The position numbers and the translations under genes are program-made. 64,000 bases of DNA, taken from NCBI RefSeq assembly GCF_001194135.2, contig NC_068991.1:74086397-74150396 (forward strand). The letters are read 5' to 3'. Numbering within the stretch: position 1 is the first letter of the stretch; every line of letters begins with the position of its first letter. This document shows, piece after piece, positions 39,626 through 52,929 of the stretch. This stretch comes from Octopus bimaculoides. Its lineage: Eukaryota. The notes beneath the pieces were generated by a model. The model was not told the origin of the DNA. It searched no databases and saw only the letters and a list, made by a program, of their open reading frames with translations.

Positions 39626-40589
39626 GTCTAATCCATGTTAGCTTGGAAAAATGGATGTAAAAGGAGCAATGATGAAGACGAAGCTGATATAATATGTGTA
39701 CATATCTATCTATATGTATATGTGTATATGTTCACATACACACACCAGACAGACACGATGTCTGGGATTTACTCAGTCAGGGCTGAGGTGAAGCTAAACA
39801 AGAAGGACAACATCCTCAAATGGTTTTGTGATAACTTGTAGCTTTGTATATTCAAGGAAAGGCCAATTTCTGTTTTTTTAGCATTCTTTTTTATTTCCTA
39901 ACTTTCTACTCTACATCAACAGCAACATCAGCAAGTGTCTAGCGGTTTGCACAGTTATTCAGGGTGGAAAATTACAGCCTAAATTTATAAATACACCAAC
40001 TGTTTATTGTGTTTTAAGTTTGTGTTGCAGAATGAATAACTTCATTTAGTACAGCAACTTAGATAAATATTGGTAGGCTGCAGTGGTGAGCAGTTTTGTC
40101 AGTTGATGCTTGTTATCCTGAACACTAACTAATTATAATGAGTTACAAGAGAGGGTGTTCATGTGTGTATTCTTAGCTGAGCGGTGGACAGAAAATATTA
40201 GGAGGAGGAAACGATTGAATGATAGTGTTTGGTTTGTATGCTTCTCGTAATATGTTTCTAGTCTTTTGCATATTTATTCACATGATTTCCTATTAAATCA
40301 TGCATTATTTCATAGCTTTGAGATTTTGATGGTGTAATTGCTTATTTTTTGAATGACATTATAGGGCTGGTGTGAGAGGTAGGATCTGTCCAGTTTGAAC
40401 ATAAAACAAGTAGGAATATCTGGGCTGGAATATGGCCAGTTTAGATACTAGCCAGGAGCTAGCTGTGGCATAAAATCTGCTCCCTTTCAGTTTGAAGTAC
40501 TGTGAGTCAATGGTAGGGTTAATAACTTAGAGACAATGGCCCAGGATGTTATGATAGCTAAAACAGATCTAAAAAAAGATTAGGCCTTT

Positions 40590-40800
40590 TTAAGCGTTTG
40601 TTACCGTTTTCCTGTTGAGATTCACTGCCTTTGTTTCAGTTAACTTAGTAAAATAACTTTGTCATTATTAAGCTGGTGTTTGAAACAAATTAATGTGAAA
40701 TTTTGGCCAAAGGTATTAATTAGAGATCACTCCAAAACAGGAAGTTTGTGTCACAGAACCAAAAGTGGTCTCTGGGCACGTTGGTATCGGAAGGGTTAAG
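40590..40800. mobile_element. Second TTAA-type MITE family; related copies near 60-270, 1215-1430, 44600-44895 and 62470-62660
   Basis: Shared cactgcctttg..tagtaaaataactttgtcattattaagctgg..aaaacaggaagtttg..ggttggtatc..aagggttaa. Confidence 0.6.
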
Positions 40801-41419
40801 CAAGTGGACATTGCATATTCACCCAACTAGCAACAGCAACAACAACAACAGGAAGAGAAAAATCAAACGGTAAATTAATATTAATGGAGAGGATTAATTA
40901 TACATGGCTGGCTGAGTTTGCACAAACACACAAGTAATAATATTGACCTTTTTGGCGGCATACCGTTTTATTTAGTATATACTGCTGATCTGAATGTACA
41001 CAGCTCATTTCCAGCTACTCGCTCTTTTGAGATATTTCTCCAGTTCACAATTACATATTTTGCTTTATAATTAATTAGAGGTTATGATTATTAAACTTGG
41101 AAGACAACTAGGTTTGTGTAAAGTTCTATTTTGGACCTATTCATTGTTGTTTTTCCAGGCTGATCTGGTTGTTAAGCATTGCATTCTTTTTTAACTTGTT
41201 ATCTCATCTTCAGCCTAACATTCTCACCATTCTGGGGGTTCAGACCCTCTGTATGGCACCTTGGGCAAGTGTCTTGTAGTATAGCCTTAAGCCAACCAAA
41301 TCCTTATAAACTGATAGACAGAAACTGAAAGAAGCCTTTTGTATACATATTTGTATATGTCTGTGTGTGTGTGTGTGTGTGTGTGTCTCTCCTTGTTTTG
41401 ACATTATTTAATAGTTGTA

Positions 41420-41754
41420 AACAAGAGCACTCAGTGCTTTAACCTCTGCCAAGGCAGCACCAATGTCGTCGCAAGGATTAGCCAGAGATGAGTTTTGAGA
41501 ATATCTGAAGCAAACTCGACTGCTCCCACAAACGAGAATGAACCCAACCGTTCTCAAAAATTAAGTAAAAAAAAACCAGGAAAATTAATCCCGGATCCTT
41601 GTCCAGTACTGGATCGACCCCAAAATCACGAGGCCAAACAATTCTGAAAGTTTCATCCGAATCCATCCAGCGGTTCTTTTGATGTCTTGTCCATGGACAA
41701 ACAAACAAACACAACTGAAAACAATACCTCTGCCTTTGCTAAGCTGGAGGTAAT
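41420..41754 (-). mobile_element. Non-autonomous Helentron/HINE-like element
   Basis: Minus strand starts attacctcc..gcaaaggcagaggtattgttttcagttgtgtttgtttgtttgtcc and ends gccttggcagaggtt..gcactgagtgctcttgtt. This ATTACCTCC...GGCRGAGGT subterminal inverted-repeat layout is known from such elements. Confidence 0.55.
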
Positions 41755-42207
41755 GAGCATCACCACACAAACACTGTCGTTTGTTACCAGTCTTCCATGC
41801 GAACATGTTTGGTCACGAAGAAATATCACCTCGCTTGAAAACAAGCGTTTGTAACAGGAAGGGTATCTGGCTGTTGAAAACCTGCCACCACAAATTCCAT
41901 CTGACCCATGCAAGCACGGAAATGATGACATGAAATATGGTGAACATGGGTTTGTCTCTGCTACTGTTTCCTGCTGTTATCAATTCACGATACTTTCTCA
42001 CTGACAAAGCATCCTCCACTACCATGACATATCTACATCATCACAGCTGTTTCTCTTCAATTATTCAGATTGAATAAATTATCACTTGTAATACTTTTAG
42101 AATATTTGATATTGTCTGATCTTTCAACAAGTCACCACCTTCACCATCGTCATGTAGGATTTAGTATCTGCAATACTCTGATAATACTTGATCAGGATGA
42201 CGTAGGC

Positions 42208-42467
42208 CAGTGGGGGGGGGGGTTCTCAACTGGGGTCTGTATGACCTTTACGGGGTCCACGTAAGATTTTGTTGCTAAAATTTTATGTGCAATAAAATTG
42301 GTCACACGTCTACAATACACGAAATATTTTAACAATGTTTAAAATCCAATTCCTGACAATATTCAGTTATAAAAATATACTAGGATTTTATTTAAACATT
42401 GAATGGTTGTCGGGGTCCAGTAGAATAAAATAGGGGTCGATAAGTAAAAAATGGTTGAGAACCACTT
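42208..42467. mobile_element. hAT (Charlie-like) MITE, same family as 38866, opposite orientation
   Basis: CAGT(G)nTTCTCAAC ... GTTGAGAACCACT; internal attttattct..ggaccc..cattcaatgttt shared. No TSD seen. Confidence 0.65.
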
Positions 42468-44013
42468 ATTGACTGTCATGTTTACTGAGCTTGCTCTGTG
42501 CTTTGATCTCTTGTAAAACTGTCAGTTTTAGGGGAATGTGAAATTGCTTTGGAATAATTTAAAAAAAGAAGAAAAAAAAGTTTTTTCTTTTGTTTTGTTT
42601 TATTTTTCCTCTCTTCTAACCATCTGATCCTCTTGGTGGTTTCTGGTCTTTCTGCTTCATGGTGCTTTCTGGTCTCCACTGTCCTGTTTTTTGTTTCCAA
42701 CTTTGACTCTCCATAAATCCCAAATTTTATTTTGGTATTTATGGGAGTAACTGTCTTCGAAGACTCAATTTTGTTGTTGAATGCTCGAAATGAGGAGTAG
42801 ATAGATTGCAGACAACTAATGAAGGGTCATTCTTTATGTTACTTGTCCTGTTTTCCATCTGTATATCTTGTTGTTTGCGTACTCAACGTATTTGTTTTCG
42901 TATTTCATGTTGTTTACTGTTTGTGACATCCTGTACCCATATATATATATATATATGTGTGTATATATGTATGTGTGCGTATATATATGTATGTATATAA
43001 TGTATGTGTATATATATATATATATATAATGTATTATACTATTATTTGTGATGTAGCTGGCTAACTTCTCACAGTATTTCCTGACTTGGTTAAATTTTCA
43101 CAATACTTAAAAGAAACTTAGCTGACCCCTCATAGTACTTTATGATTTAGCTCATGTTTCACAGGGACTTTATGACTTGGCTAACTTCTCAACGATATTG
43201 TGACTAAGAAACCTTCCAGTGACTTATTTGTGTCATGTCCCTTGCAAGCTGATCTAATTTGTACAAGTGCTATCCTATATTCATTTAGAGCCATAACTAT
43301 GTTGTCATATTAGTAGTATATGAAACGTGTTACTGTATGTACTGGCTCTACATCACTGAAAGGTTTAATCAGTCTTAACTCCTTATAGCTGTTTCTCCAC
43401 CTTTGGAAGAAGGAAAATTAAATTAACATATAATATGTGTACAAAACCAATTTGTATACGTGTAAGACACGGTTGTGAATGAGAGCTGAAATTCACTGTA
43501 AATATAGATTTTTTTTTTCTCTTTTCTGTTTCTGTTATTATAATATTCACATATTTCCAAACCATTTTTCTCGTTTGTTGTTTGAAGCCCTGTCCTCCAG
43601 GTAGCTAATTTAAACTGATAGCATTCACCAAAACCTCTTATCAAGACACAGGTGTAGCACTAAATTAGGTTGTATCGATATTTTGAAGGACAGAGACAGA
43701 GAGAGAGAGAGAGATATATTCAGACTAATAACTTCACTTATTAATCGCTAACGAGATTAACTCTGACAGAAACAATTCAGGAAAATATGTTTGTGCTTAT
43801 ATTAACTGTATCTCATCACATTAGCTTCAATATGTTACTAATTTGACTGGAATTGTTTTGAAATTGAAGCTTTAGGTCTGTTTTGGTAATCAATAGTCAT
43901 TAAGAAAACAGAACTGACCATACTTTGTTTCGGCAAAAAGATCTTGGTAAAAGATTTGTTTTACAATTAATTACAGCCAGGTGAAAAAAAAAAAAAATAA
44001 TAAATAAATAACA

Positions 44014-44405
44014 GGCGCAGGAGTGGCTGTGTGGTAAGTAGCTTGCTTACCAACCACATGATTCTGGGTTGAGTCCCACTGCGTGGCACTTTGGGCAAGT
44101 GTCTTCTACTATAGCCTCGGGCCGACCAAAGCCTCGGGCCGACCAAAGCCTCGTGAGTGGATTTGGTAGACGGAAACTGAAAGAAGCCCGTTGCATATGT
44201 ATGTATGTGTGTGTATATGTTTGTCCCTCCAACATCGCTTGACAACCGATGCTGGTGTGTTTACGTCCCCGTAACTTAGTTGTTCAGCGAAAGAGATCGA
44301 TAGAATAAGTACTAGACTTCCAAAGAATAAGTCCTGGGGTCGATTTGCTCGACTAAAGGCGGTGCTCCAGCATGGCCGCAGTCAAATGACTGAAACAAGT
44401 AAAAA
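44014..44405 (+). mobile_element. SINE family A, full length and young, with an internal 17 bp tandem duplication
   Basis: ggcgcaggagtggctgtgtggtaag (A box), gggttgagtccc (B box); gcctcgggccgaccaaa is repeated twice at about 44115-44148. Confidence 0.9.
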
Positions 44406-45182
44406 AAAATTTTTAACACACTGTATGCAACTTAGCCATCTTTAAAGACAGGGTCTGCTTTGCTCATACAGGGTATTTAGTATTGTACAGTATTCCCAGA
44501 TTTCTGGAAGCCAAATAAGTGGTCTGTTACTGTATTTGCTTTGTGTCAGTCGGTTGGTCATATGTTTATCAGTAGTATGTGGGGGTGGTGTGGGGTGTCG
44601 TATTCAATCCGTTGACGCTTTTGTTAGCGTATTTCTATTGAAATCTTCACTGCCTTTGTGTTTCCATTTAATTTTCACAATGAAAGAATTCAGAGAGATT
44701 TTAGTGAAATAATTAATGAATACATCTATTTCTATCTTAAACTAGTGTTTGAAGAACATAACTTATGAAATGGTTCTTATGTAAAATTATGACTGGAAGT
44801 TATAATATAAACATGAACATGTTAATATGTGGTAGGGAGGGTTGTATCAAAGAACTTAATAAGGTCTCAGTTAGGTTGGTACCAAAAGGGTTTAAGTTGG
44901 TTGGATGATATGAGGGAAATTTGGGTACTATTTTGAGCAGGCCAAGCCACTGTGTAGAGGCTCTCCTTGCTCAAAACTTCCTTATAATACATGAAAGCTT
45001 ATTGTTGAAATAGTGTATGTGTGTGTGTGTCTATACATGCAAACACACACATAATATAAATTAGTAACAAAGATGTATCGGTGTCAGTTCATTACAGCCG
45101 TTTCAAGCGACTCCTTTAATTTATTAAATACCTCAATTTAAGTACCTAATTCAATGGAATCTTATATTATATTTATATACAC

Positions 45183-45423
45183 ACACAAAAGAGGTGAGCC
45201 TAAACAGGACACCTTACATGCTAAAAGGAACAGTCAAAGCCCAAACCATGGTTAAGAGTAATTTCAAAGGGGATTAAAAAATAAAAACATTTTCAATAGT
45301 TACCACTTGTACCTAGGTTTCGAACATTAATGAACAAATAAAATAATTTGTTATCCATGTTCTGGGCTTTGACTGTTCCTTTTATCATGTAAGGTGTCCT
45401 GTTTAGGGTCACCTCTTATGTGT
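45183..45423. repeat. Fold-back element: 69 bp inverted arms (5 mismatches), 103 bp loop
   Basis: 45183-45251 is the reverse complement of 45355-45423. Confidence 0.9.
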
Positions 45424-48087
45424 ATAAATATACACTAATTTTATATGAAAAATGTGTTGTCTATTGACTATTTTATACATGCTAGCCACTGGTAGAAAAA
45501 TTTCTCTAATTTTTCCTACCCTATATATAGAAATAGACAATGGGTGTATGGTTTCTGATGACAGAGTTTCATGGTCAGCCTTCTTGCATGACATTGTAAA
45601 TGGAAACTGAAAGAAGCTTCTCGTGTGTGTTCACATTTCTGTTTCTCCAAAAATCACTGAGCAGTGACATTGTTATCATTTCCCTTGTTAACAAGTTTCC
45701 AACTGGCTTTGCAAGAGATCCCTTACCTTAAAAACAAGTAAGGGTTTAGAGCAGAAAGGGCATCGGGCTGTAAAACAATGCTTCAGCAAAATATCTAACT
45801 CATGGGAAAATGCACATTAAGATAAATATATCAATTTTGTTCCTGTTTCTTTTCTTTTTGCTGTGTTTTATTGATTTATGGCATTGGCCAAAAAAAAAAA
45901 AAAATTGTAGAAAAGGTTTTGTCAATAGTATGTATATAACTTCTGTAGTTAGATAGCTCTATAATTTCTGAAAACGTTACAATTTTTAAATCTTCCAAAA
46001 ATCTTGCATTGGCAACAAATTACAGCAGCTAAAATGAAAGTTGAAAAGAGTAATGGGTATTGATTTTCCTTGAAATTTTCTTGTCACCTTTCCTGTACTC
46101 TCGGCCAATGTGTTTCTGGTAACAAACCCATTTTGCATCTAAATTGGATAATTTTCAAATGCTTTTGAGACCATCTCCCTTCATCTTCTTCTAGCCTTTG
46201 ATGAATGTAGGTGTGAAATTATATCTAGACATACTAGTTACATAGACATAGACTATAATTAACTGGCAGGGGGGAATAGCTTCCTAGTGGCTTTCCAGCG
46301 CTGCATAAGTTTGCAACCTTCTTCGGCTGTACAACATGAACACAAGCATTGATAAAGCATCCCCTTTCCATCACACCAATGACTTTCACTACCAGTTATG
46401 CAATCCTCTCTTTCTACTTCCTTTCTGCTGCCACTATTACGTATGTGCTACATAATTCTGAATGAATATATTCTGTAGCACAGTGTTGAAACTGTAGTAG
46501 CATTAGTCTTCTTTTAGTTATTAATATGCTCTTTGATCAATATATCCTACATACCAATTCCAAGAAGGCTAAAAGGAAATCTCTCTCTCTCTCTCTCTCT
46601 CTTCTTCCCACCAAACATTAAACCTGTAATTTCAGTGGAAAAGAAAGGTGGTGAATAGAACGGAGAGAATGCCCCGTGGTAGTTGTTCCACCACCTCTTG
46701 GAGGTCATCTCTGTCTTTTGGCCTTTATAGAGGTGGGGGGTTGGTGCAACTCTTAGATCGCCAGACGTGATGCTTTGTGATATTTTTCCCAGCTCTTTGT
46801 ATTCTAACATCAGCGCCTGCAGCAACACCAATGCCAAACTGTTTCAGCCTAAACTAGCAGCTTTTTCCCTGGATAAACAAGATAAATGGTGGTGGTATGG
46901 AGAAGGAAGATAAACATATATGCATAGACAACCATCAGTCTTCCTTAACAAAAAAAAAAAAAAACAANNNNNNNNNNAAAAAAAAAAAAAAAACAAAGAA
47001 AGTCTTGCCCTTGGCTGCAGACACATGTTGATGCATGATCACTCTTGACAAAGTAATCAAGTATTTCTGTTATTAATTATGTTCTGTATTCCCACAAATT
47101 ACTTATAATTACCAACTGGCTTAATGGTCATATTTATATTCTTATGATAATTAAAACCATTAATAATCATCTTCAGACTATAGGACTGTGTGTGTGTACA
47201 CATACTCTTTATTCTTTATTTGTATATTAAGGCTACCAATGGTTTTATGTAAAGAGGAGTCTCTGTACAGATACGAAGCCTGCCAAAATGGAGATGAGTA
47301 CTCATGTGGCAGGCTTGACAATTGTTAAGATTCCTCTTTACATGAAACCATTGGTAGCTTTGTTTACCCACGACAAAAGAAGGAATATTTATCCACTAGT
47401 GCAGTGTTGAGTACTCATTCTTACTGATTGATATTAGTGTTCGTGTATGTGTGTGTATGATATACTAGACATAAGTTTCATAAACTACAAAATATAAATA
47501 TCCTCACTACCACACCTGAAACGTATCTGTTATAACTCTTTATCTCGATTTAAATGTACGTGAAGGTATTTAGAATGCCTGAACTTATTTCTGCAAATGT
47601 GCTAAGCACTGATGCTGATCCTAGTTTAATCAATAAGCGTAGGATCGAGGTAAATGCTGTAAAAATAGGGGGTTGGGTCAGTGGGGTCGCATTTAAGCAG
47701 CCCTTCAGAAATTGAACCGCCTTACGATACTCCCTGGGAGTTCATGGTATGAAATTCATTGTCATTGCTCTGAATTTAGTTTGAAATGCAGTGGGGCCCC
47801 AATTAGGTGACCCTTAAAAAAAATAGACCCCCTTTGGACATTCCCTGGGATTAGGAGAGTTGCTGGTTTGACTTTCGCTGTCATTGCACCAATGGTCTAG
47901 GAGGAGTTAACAAACATAAAAGCGTAACGGACAGAGAAACATTACTCAAATTTATAATAGGAGATAAGGAGATACATATATCGTAAATATGAGGGTAATA
48001 AATTAACATAATTTATTAACAGTGGTTAGCATGCATAAATACAAGTCATAAGACTAGCATAGTTTTAAAAATATAAAGACTGCATAG

Positions 48088-48270
48088 AATATTTTTATAC
48101 AGAGAGGGGAGACCATTGACAAGACTCCTTAATGCTAAAAAGGCCAGTTAAAACCCAAACCACAAAAAAGAATTCATGAATTCCCTTTTCCATGGTTTTG
48201 GGGTTTTAACTGGCCTTTTTAGCATGTAAGGAGTTTTGTCAGTGGTCTCCTCTTTCTGTATAAAAATATT
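48088..48270. repeat. Fold-back element of the same family, ~75 bp arms with a palindromic centre
   Basis: 48088-48162 pairs with 48193-48270; the centre contains the palindrome GAATTCATGAATTC. Confidence 0.9.
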
Positions 48271-50377
48271 TTATACACTCTTATCTATCATCATCATCAT
48301 CATTTAACGTCTGCTTTCCATGCTAGCATGGGTTGGACGATTTGACTGGGGACTGACGAACCAGATGGCTACACCAGACTCCAATCTGGTTTGGCAGAGT
48401 TTCTACAGCTGGATGCCCTTCCTAACGCCAACCACTCCGAAAGTGTAGTGGGTGCTTTTTACATGCCACCGGCATGTGTAGTGGGTGCTATATTTTCTCC
48501 TGTGATGAAATGAAGGAAGTTTTTGAAATTGGAAATAATCCAATTGTATATACTGTTTATGTAGTTAAGCATTTTGAGATGTCAGCTTTCTTTCTCTTGT
48601 TTTAGTTATTGGACTGTGGTCAGGCTGGAGCAACACCTTAGTCAAGCGTATCGATCCTAGTACTTATTTTCCCAAAGTCTGGTACTCCTTCTATCCCTCT
48701 CTTTTGCCAAATCACTGTGTTACAGGGATGTAAACAAACCAACACCAGTTGTTTGACAAGAAGCCCGTTGTGTGAGGGGGCAGGTGTTGTGGGTAGACAA
48801 ACGTACGTGACAGGCTTCCACACAGTTTCCATCCACTATATTCACTTTCCCAGTATGCTATGTGGTGAGACTGAACTTCAAATCACATGGTTGCCAAGTG
48901 AGCTTCGGAAAATCTATGCAGAGCCAAGATTTGTAGCCCTTAAATCTTGTGTAAGGGCACAATATTTTTGTATCCAAATTTTCAGGTTTCTTTAGAAATT
49001 CTGGTATTTAATGGGGAAAGCTACATTCATTGAATATATTGAATCTGTTATAAGTGCAGGAATTCAAATAATGGTGTTTTTTGCCCTTAGGCTTGTGCAT
49101 TATTTGAGTCACAAGTTCAGAGTTCCATATACTTCTGTTTCTAATTATGCTATGTATTCCCACAAATTACTTATAATTACCAACTGGCTTAACAGTCATA
49201 TTTATATTCTTATGATAATTAAAACCAAACCATGATGAATAAGATTATAGTATATTCTTGGCTATGAATTAGGCGGGGATTTATTTAAAGACTGCCTTAG
49301 GTGCTTAGAAGGTAACCTAGTGACCTTACCTTGGAAATGTAGCGTTTCTTCTTATTAACAATTATTAGTATTAATTAGAAACATGTCTATAGAAATTTGT
49401 TGATAGTTTGTTTCACTGAAAAAAAATTGTTTCATTATGAAAGATACAATGAAACTGAAAGTGTGTGATGCAAATAGGTTCCTCGACTAAATACAATATC
49501 GTGATTGTCTTGATGGCCCAAGTTAAAAAGATCGTATTTTCCAGCATGTAAGTTGACGTAATACGTAGTGTAAACAAACATCATTGCTGTCTTTCCAAAT
49601 CGTATTACATTTCACACAGAATGTTTGGTCCCCAGAGTCGTCTTGGTCTGCAAGTGGCTCTATCATTTATGGTTGTAAATTTTGGTAGAAAATATGGTTT
49701 TTGGTTTACTACAGAGTTCTTGGTGCTACTCTTCTATAAAAGTACCAATTCCAACCTGTTATATAGACATTTCAGTTTCAAAGAATATTTTTAGTTAACA
49801 TAATTATTGATTTCTACATTGGTTTCACTTCGTTTTTTCCATCTGCATACCATCTTGCCTGAGATCTCCTTCGGTTCAATGATAGAAATTTCCTGTTTTA
49901 AAGAGATCAAAATGGAAAAGTCTTCCATTATAATTGCGTGTTATGTTCCAAACACTAAACAATTTCTGATTTAAGAACAAAGATGAGAATTTTGAGAAGA
50001 AGAAAAAGGAGGAGGAGCTTAGTCAATTCTGTTGACCTCCGTACTCGAACCATACTTTACTTTATTGAACCAAAAGGAATCGAAGCTTGAACTCAGAATA
50101 CAAAGAGCCACAACAAATGCTACAAAACCATTTTTCTGATACTCTAACGATTGCATCACCTTTCTGTCTTAATTGCAACAGCTATTTTACTAAATTCTTC
50201 ATTTTTAAAAGTTAATTGAAGTAAAGCTTAATATATTTCAAGAGTAATAGAATGACAGGTTTGGTGGCGGTGGAGTGGGGGGGGGATCTCCTATTCAGCT
50301 TCCTTCCCTATTTCCTCCTACGTTCTACTTGCATGACATTTGGTACTGCCGTTTCAAAGGTGGTTACTTGAATATAA

Positions 50378-50584
<207 letters not shown>

Positions 50585-50849
50585 TAGGACATCATCATCG
50601 TTTAACGTCATGTTGGCATGGGGTTGGATGGTTTGACTGAGGGCTGGCAAGCCAGAAGGCTGCCCCTGGCTCCAGTCTGATCTGGCAATGTTTCTATGGT
50701 TGGATGCTCTTCTTAATGCCAACCACTCTGAGAGTGTAGTGGGTGCTTTTTATGTGCCTGGGATTGAACTCAGAATCTGAGAATTCGTAGCCTGCACTCT
50801 TATCCACTACGCTGTATGCAACAAAAAAATGACATCAGCAAAATCAAGA

Positions 50850-51035
50850 ATACCTTAGGAATGAGAACAGAGTACCCCATTAGTGAAATAAAGGGTTGGG
50901 TTCAAAATTCCACCAGGACACTTGATGAAGGCTGGAGAGTACACCAGCCGAAACATTATGGAAACAACAAACGAGGTGAGAACACCTGCCTGTCCATTGC
51001 AAATAATGTACATAATTCCTCATCCCAAAAATATA
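50850..51035 (+). mobile_element. Second, more decayed copy of the same Penelope-like terminal repeat
   Basis: Shares aataccttaggaa...gacacttgatgaaggctgg..ccagccgaaac...aacaacaaac with the 59735 copy. Confidence 0.6.
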
Positions 51036-51653
51036 GAATAGTATATAATCACTTCTCTTTCTCCTCTCTCTCTCTCTTTCTCCTCTCTCTCTCTCTTTCT
51101 CCTCTCTCTCTCTCTCTTTCTCCTCTCTCTCTCTCTTTCTCCTCTCTCTCTCTCAATCATCCACACACTCAAGCACCACGCGGATTCATAAACGCATATT
51201 CACACGCATATTCCTCTCTCTCTTTCTCAATCTTGAACTGTATAAATAAGTTATAAATTTTCTTCATCCATTCTATGACGCACTGGAATGTGGTTATTCC
51301 CCAAAAAAATTTTTTCTTTGTTTTTGTTTTTCTTTGTCCTGAATGAAAACTCTGAAATGAATCTGTCTAGGTTAGCTTTAATGTTAACCTTCTGCCACGA
51401 AACAGGTTGCATGTCTATATTTAAAAGCTTGTAGTTACAGCATTTGTGTGTTTTAGGAACAGGTTTACATTTAAAACACCCACACACACTGTACCATCTT
51501 GGCAATCTCTGTACTCTTTGGTATTCTTCAAATCATGTGAGTTTAAAATTGTATTTACTGAAACTCGTTTTAGGACAAAGTCTTGCCAATCACGTTTGGC
51601 TTCTTCCATTTTATTTTGTCCTAATTGAACATTAGATGTCATTTAAACTTAAT

Positions 51654-51811
51654 TCTTCCTCTTCTCCTTCTTCCTCTTCTTCTTCTTCCTCTTCTTCTTC
51701 TTCTTCCTCTTCTTCTTCTTCTTCCTCTTCCTCTCCTTCTTCCTCTCCTTCCTCTTCTCCTTCCTCTTCTCCTTCCTCTTCTCCTTCCTCTTCTTCTTCC
51801 TCTTCCTCTTC
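51654..51811. repeat. Pure polypyrimidine (TTC/TCC/CTC)n tract
   Basis: Direct reading; source of the poly-Ser and poly-Leu/Pro ORFs. Confidence 0.95.
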
Positions 51812-51889
51812 ATTTCATTTGTTTACTTTAAGTTGTTGTAATCGTTTGTCTGCTCTGATCAAAATTAATATTTATCTTTTACTTGTTTA

Positions 51890-52060
51890 TTTCTTTATTT
51901 CCCACAAGGGGCTAAACATAGAGGGGACAGACAAAGGGATTAAGTCAATTGCATTGACCCCAGTGTGTAACTGGTACTTATTTAATCGACCCTGAAAGGA
52001 TGAAAAGCAAAGTTGACCTCGGCGGAATTTGAACTCAGAACGTAACAGCAGACGAACTAC
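51890..52060 (-). mobile_element. SINE family B, truncated near the assembly gap
   Basis: atttctttatttcccacaaggggctaaac...gaactcagaacgtaac. Confidence 0.8.
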
Positions 52061-52093
52061 TGGGACACCCCTTTGAAGGGTTTTAATCAAAGC

Positions 52094-52487
52094 NNNNNNN
52101 NNNNNNNNNNNNNNNNNNNNNNNNNNNNNNNNNNNNNNNNNNNNNNNNNNNNNNNNNNNNNNNNNNNNNNNNNNNNNNNNNNNNNNNNNNNNNNNNNNNN
52201 NNNNNNNNNNNNNNNNNNNNNNNNNNNNNNNNNNNNNNNNNNNNNNNNNNNNNNNNNNNNNNNNNNNNNNNNNNNNNNNNNNNNNNNNNNNNNNNNNNNN
52301 NNNNNNNNNNNNNNNNNNNNNNNNNNNNNNNNNNNNNNNNNNNNNNNNNNNNNNNNNNNNNNNNNNNNNNNNNNNNNNNNNNNNNNNNNNNNNNNNNNNN
52401 NNNNNNNNNNNNNNNNNNNNNNNNNNNNNNNNNNNNNNNNNNNNNNNNNNNNNNNNNNNNNNNNNNNNNNNNNNNNNNNNNNNNNNN
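52094..52487. other. Assembly gap (394 N); other gaps at 2388-2463, 35553-35590 and 46968-46977
   Basis: N runs. The flanking kinase exons join seamlessly (LLKC|VRDSD), so no constitutive exon is hidden in this gap. Confidence 0.98.
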
Positions 52488-52501
52488 ATCGGAGAATAAA
52501 T

Positions 52502-52539
<38 letters not shown>

Positions 52540-52929
52540 GTTAAAGAGGATGACAAATGTTAAGGCAAAGCAAAAACATCTCAGGTCATACATTATTATT
52601 ATTATTATTGAAAAAAAGATTCTAAGTCTTACAGCTGTTTCCAGAATATCCCAGAGTGTGGGATATTCTGTGAACTAATCCCCCATATATATATAACTAC
52701 ACTCTCGGAGTGGTTGGTGTTAGGAAGGGCATCCAGCTGTAGAAACTCTGCCTAATCAGATTGGAGCCTGGTGTAGCCATCTGGTTCACCAGTCCTCAGT
52801 CAAATCAGCCAATCCATGCTAGCATGGAAGGCAAATGTTAAACGATGATGATGAACGTAGGTTATAGTTGAATTTGTATTCTTTGTTTAAGTTTGCTTGG
52901 CTTAAGATTATTTTCTTCTTCTCTTTCAG

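Noticed and set aside
44014-44090. tRNA-like heads with A and B boxes (many copies)
   Set aside because: These are SINE heads and do not fold into a complete cloverleaf; no true tRNA, rRNA or CRISPR feature was seen.
46547-46837. 96 aa minus-strand ORF in a GC-richer patch
   Set aside because: No recognisable domain, no splice context, and it ends in an (AG)n repeat.
52630-52680. Minus-strand GAAACAGCTGTA plus a 12 bp hairpin, resembling the 3' half of a Penelope hammerhead
   Set aside because: The CUGANGA half and stem I are absent; at most a relic.
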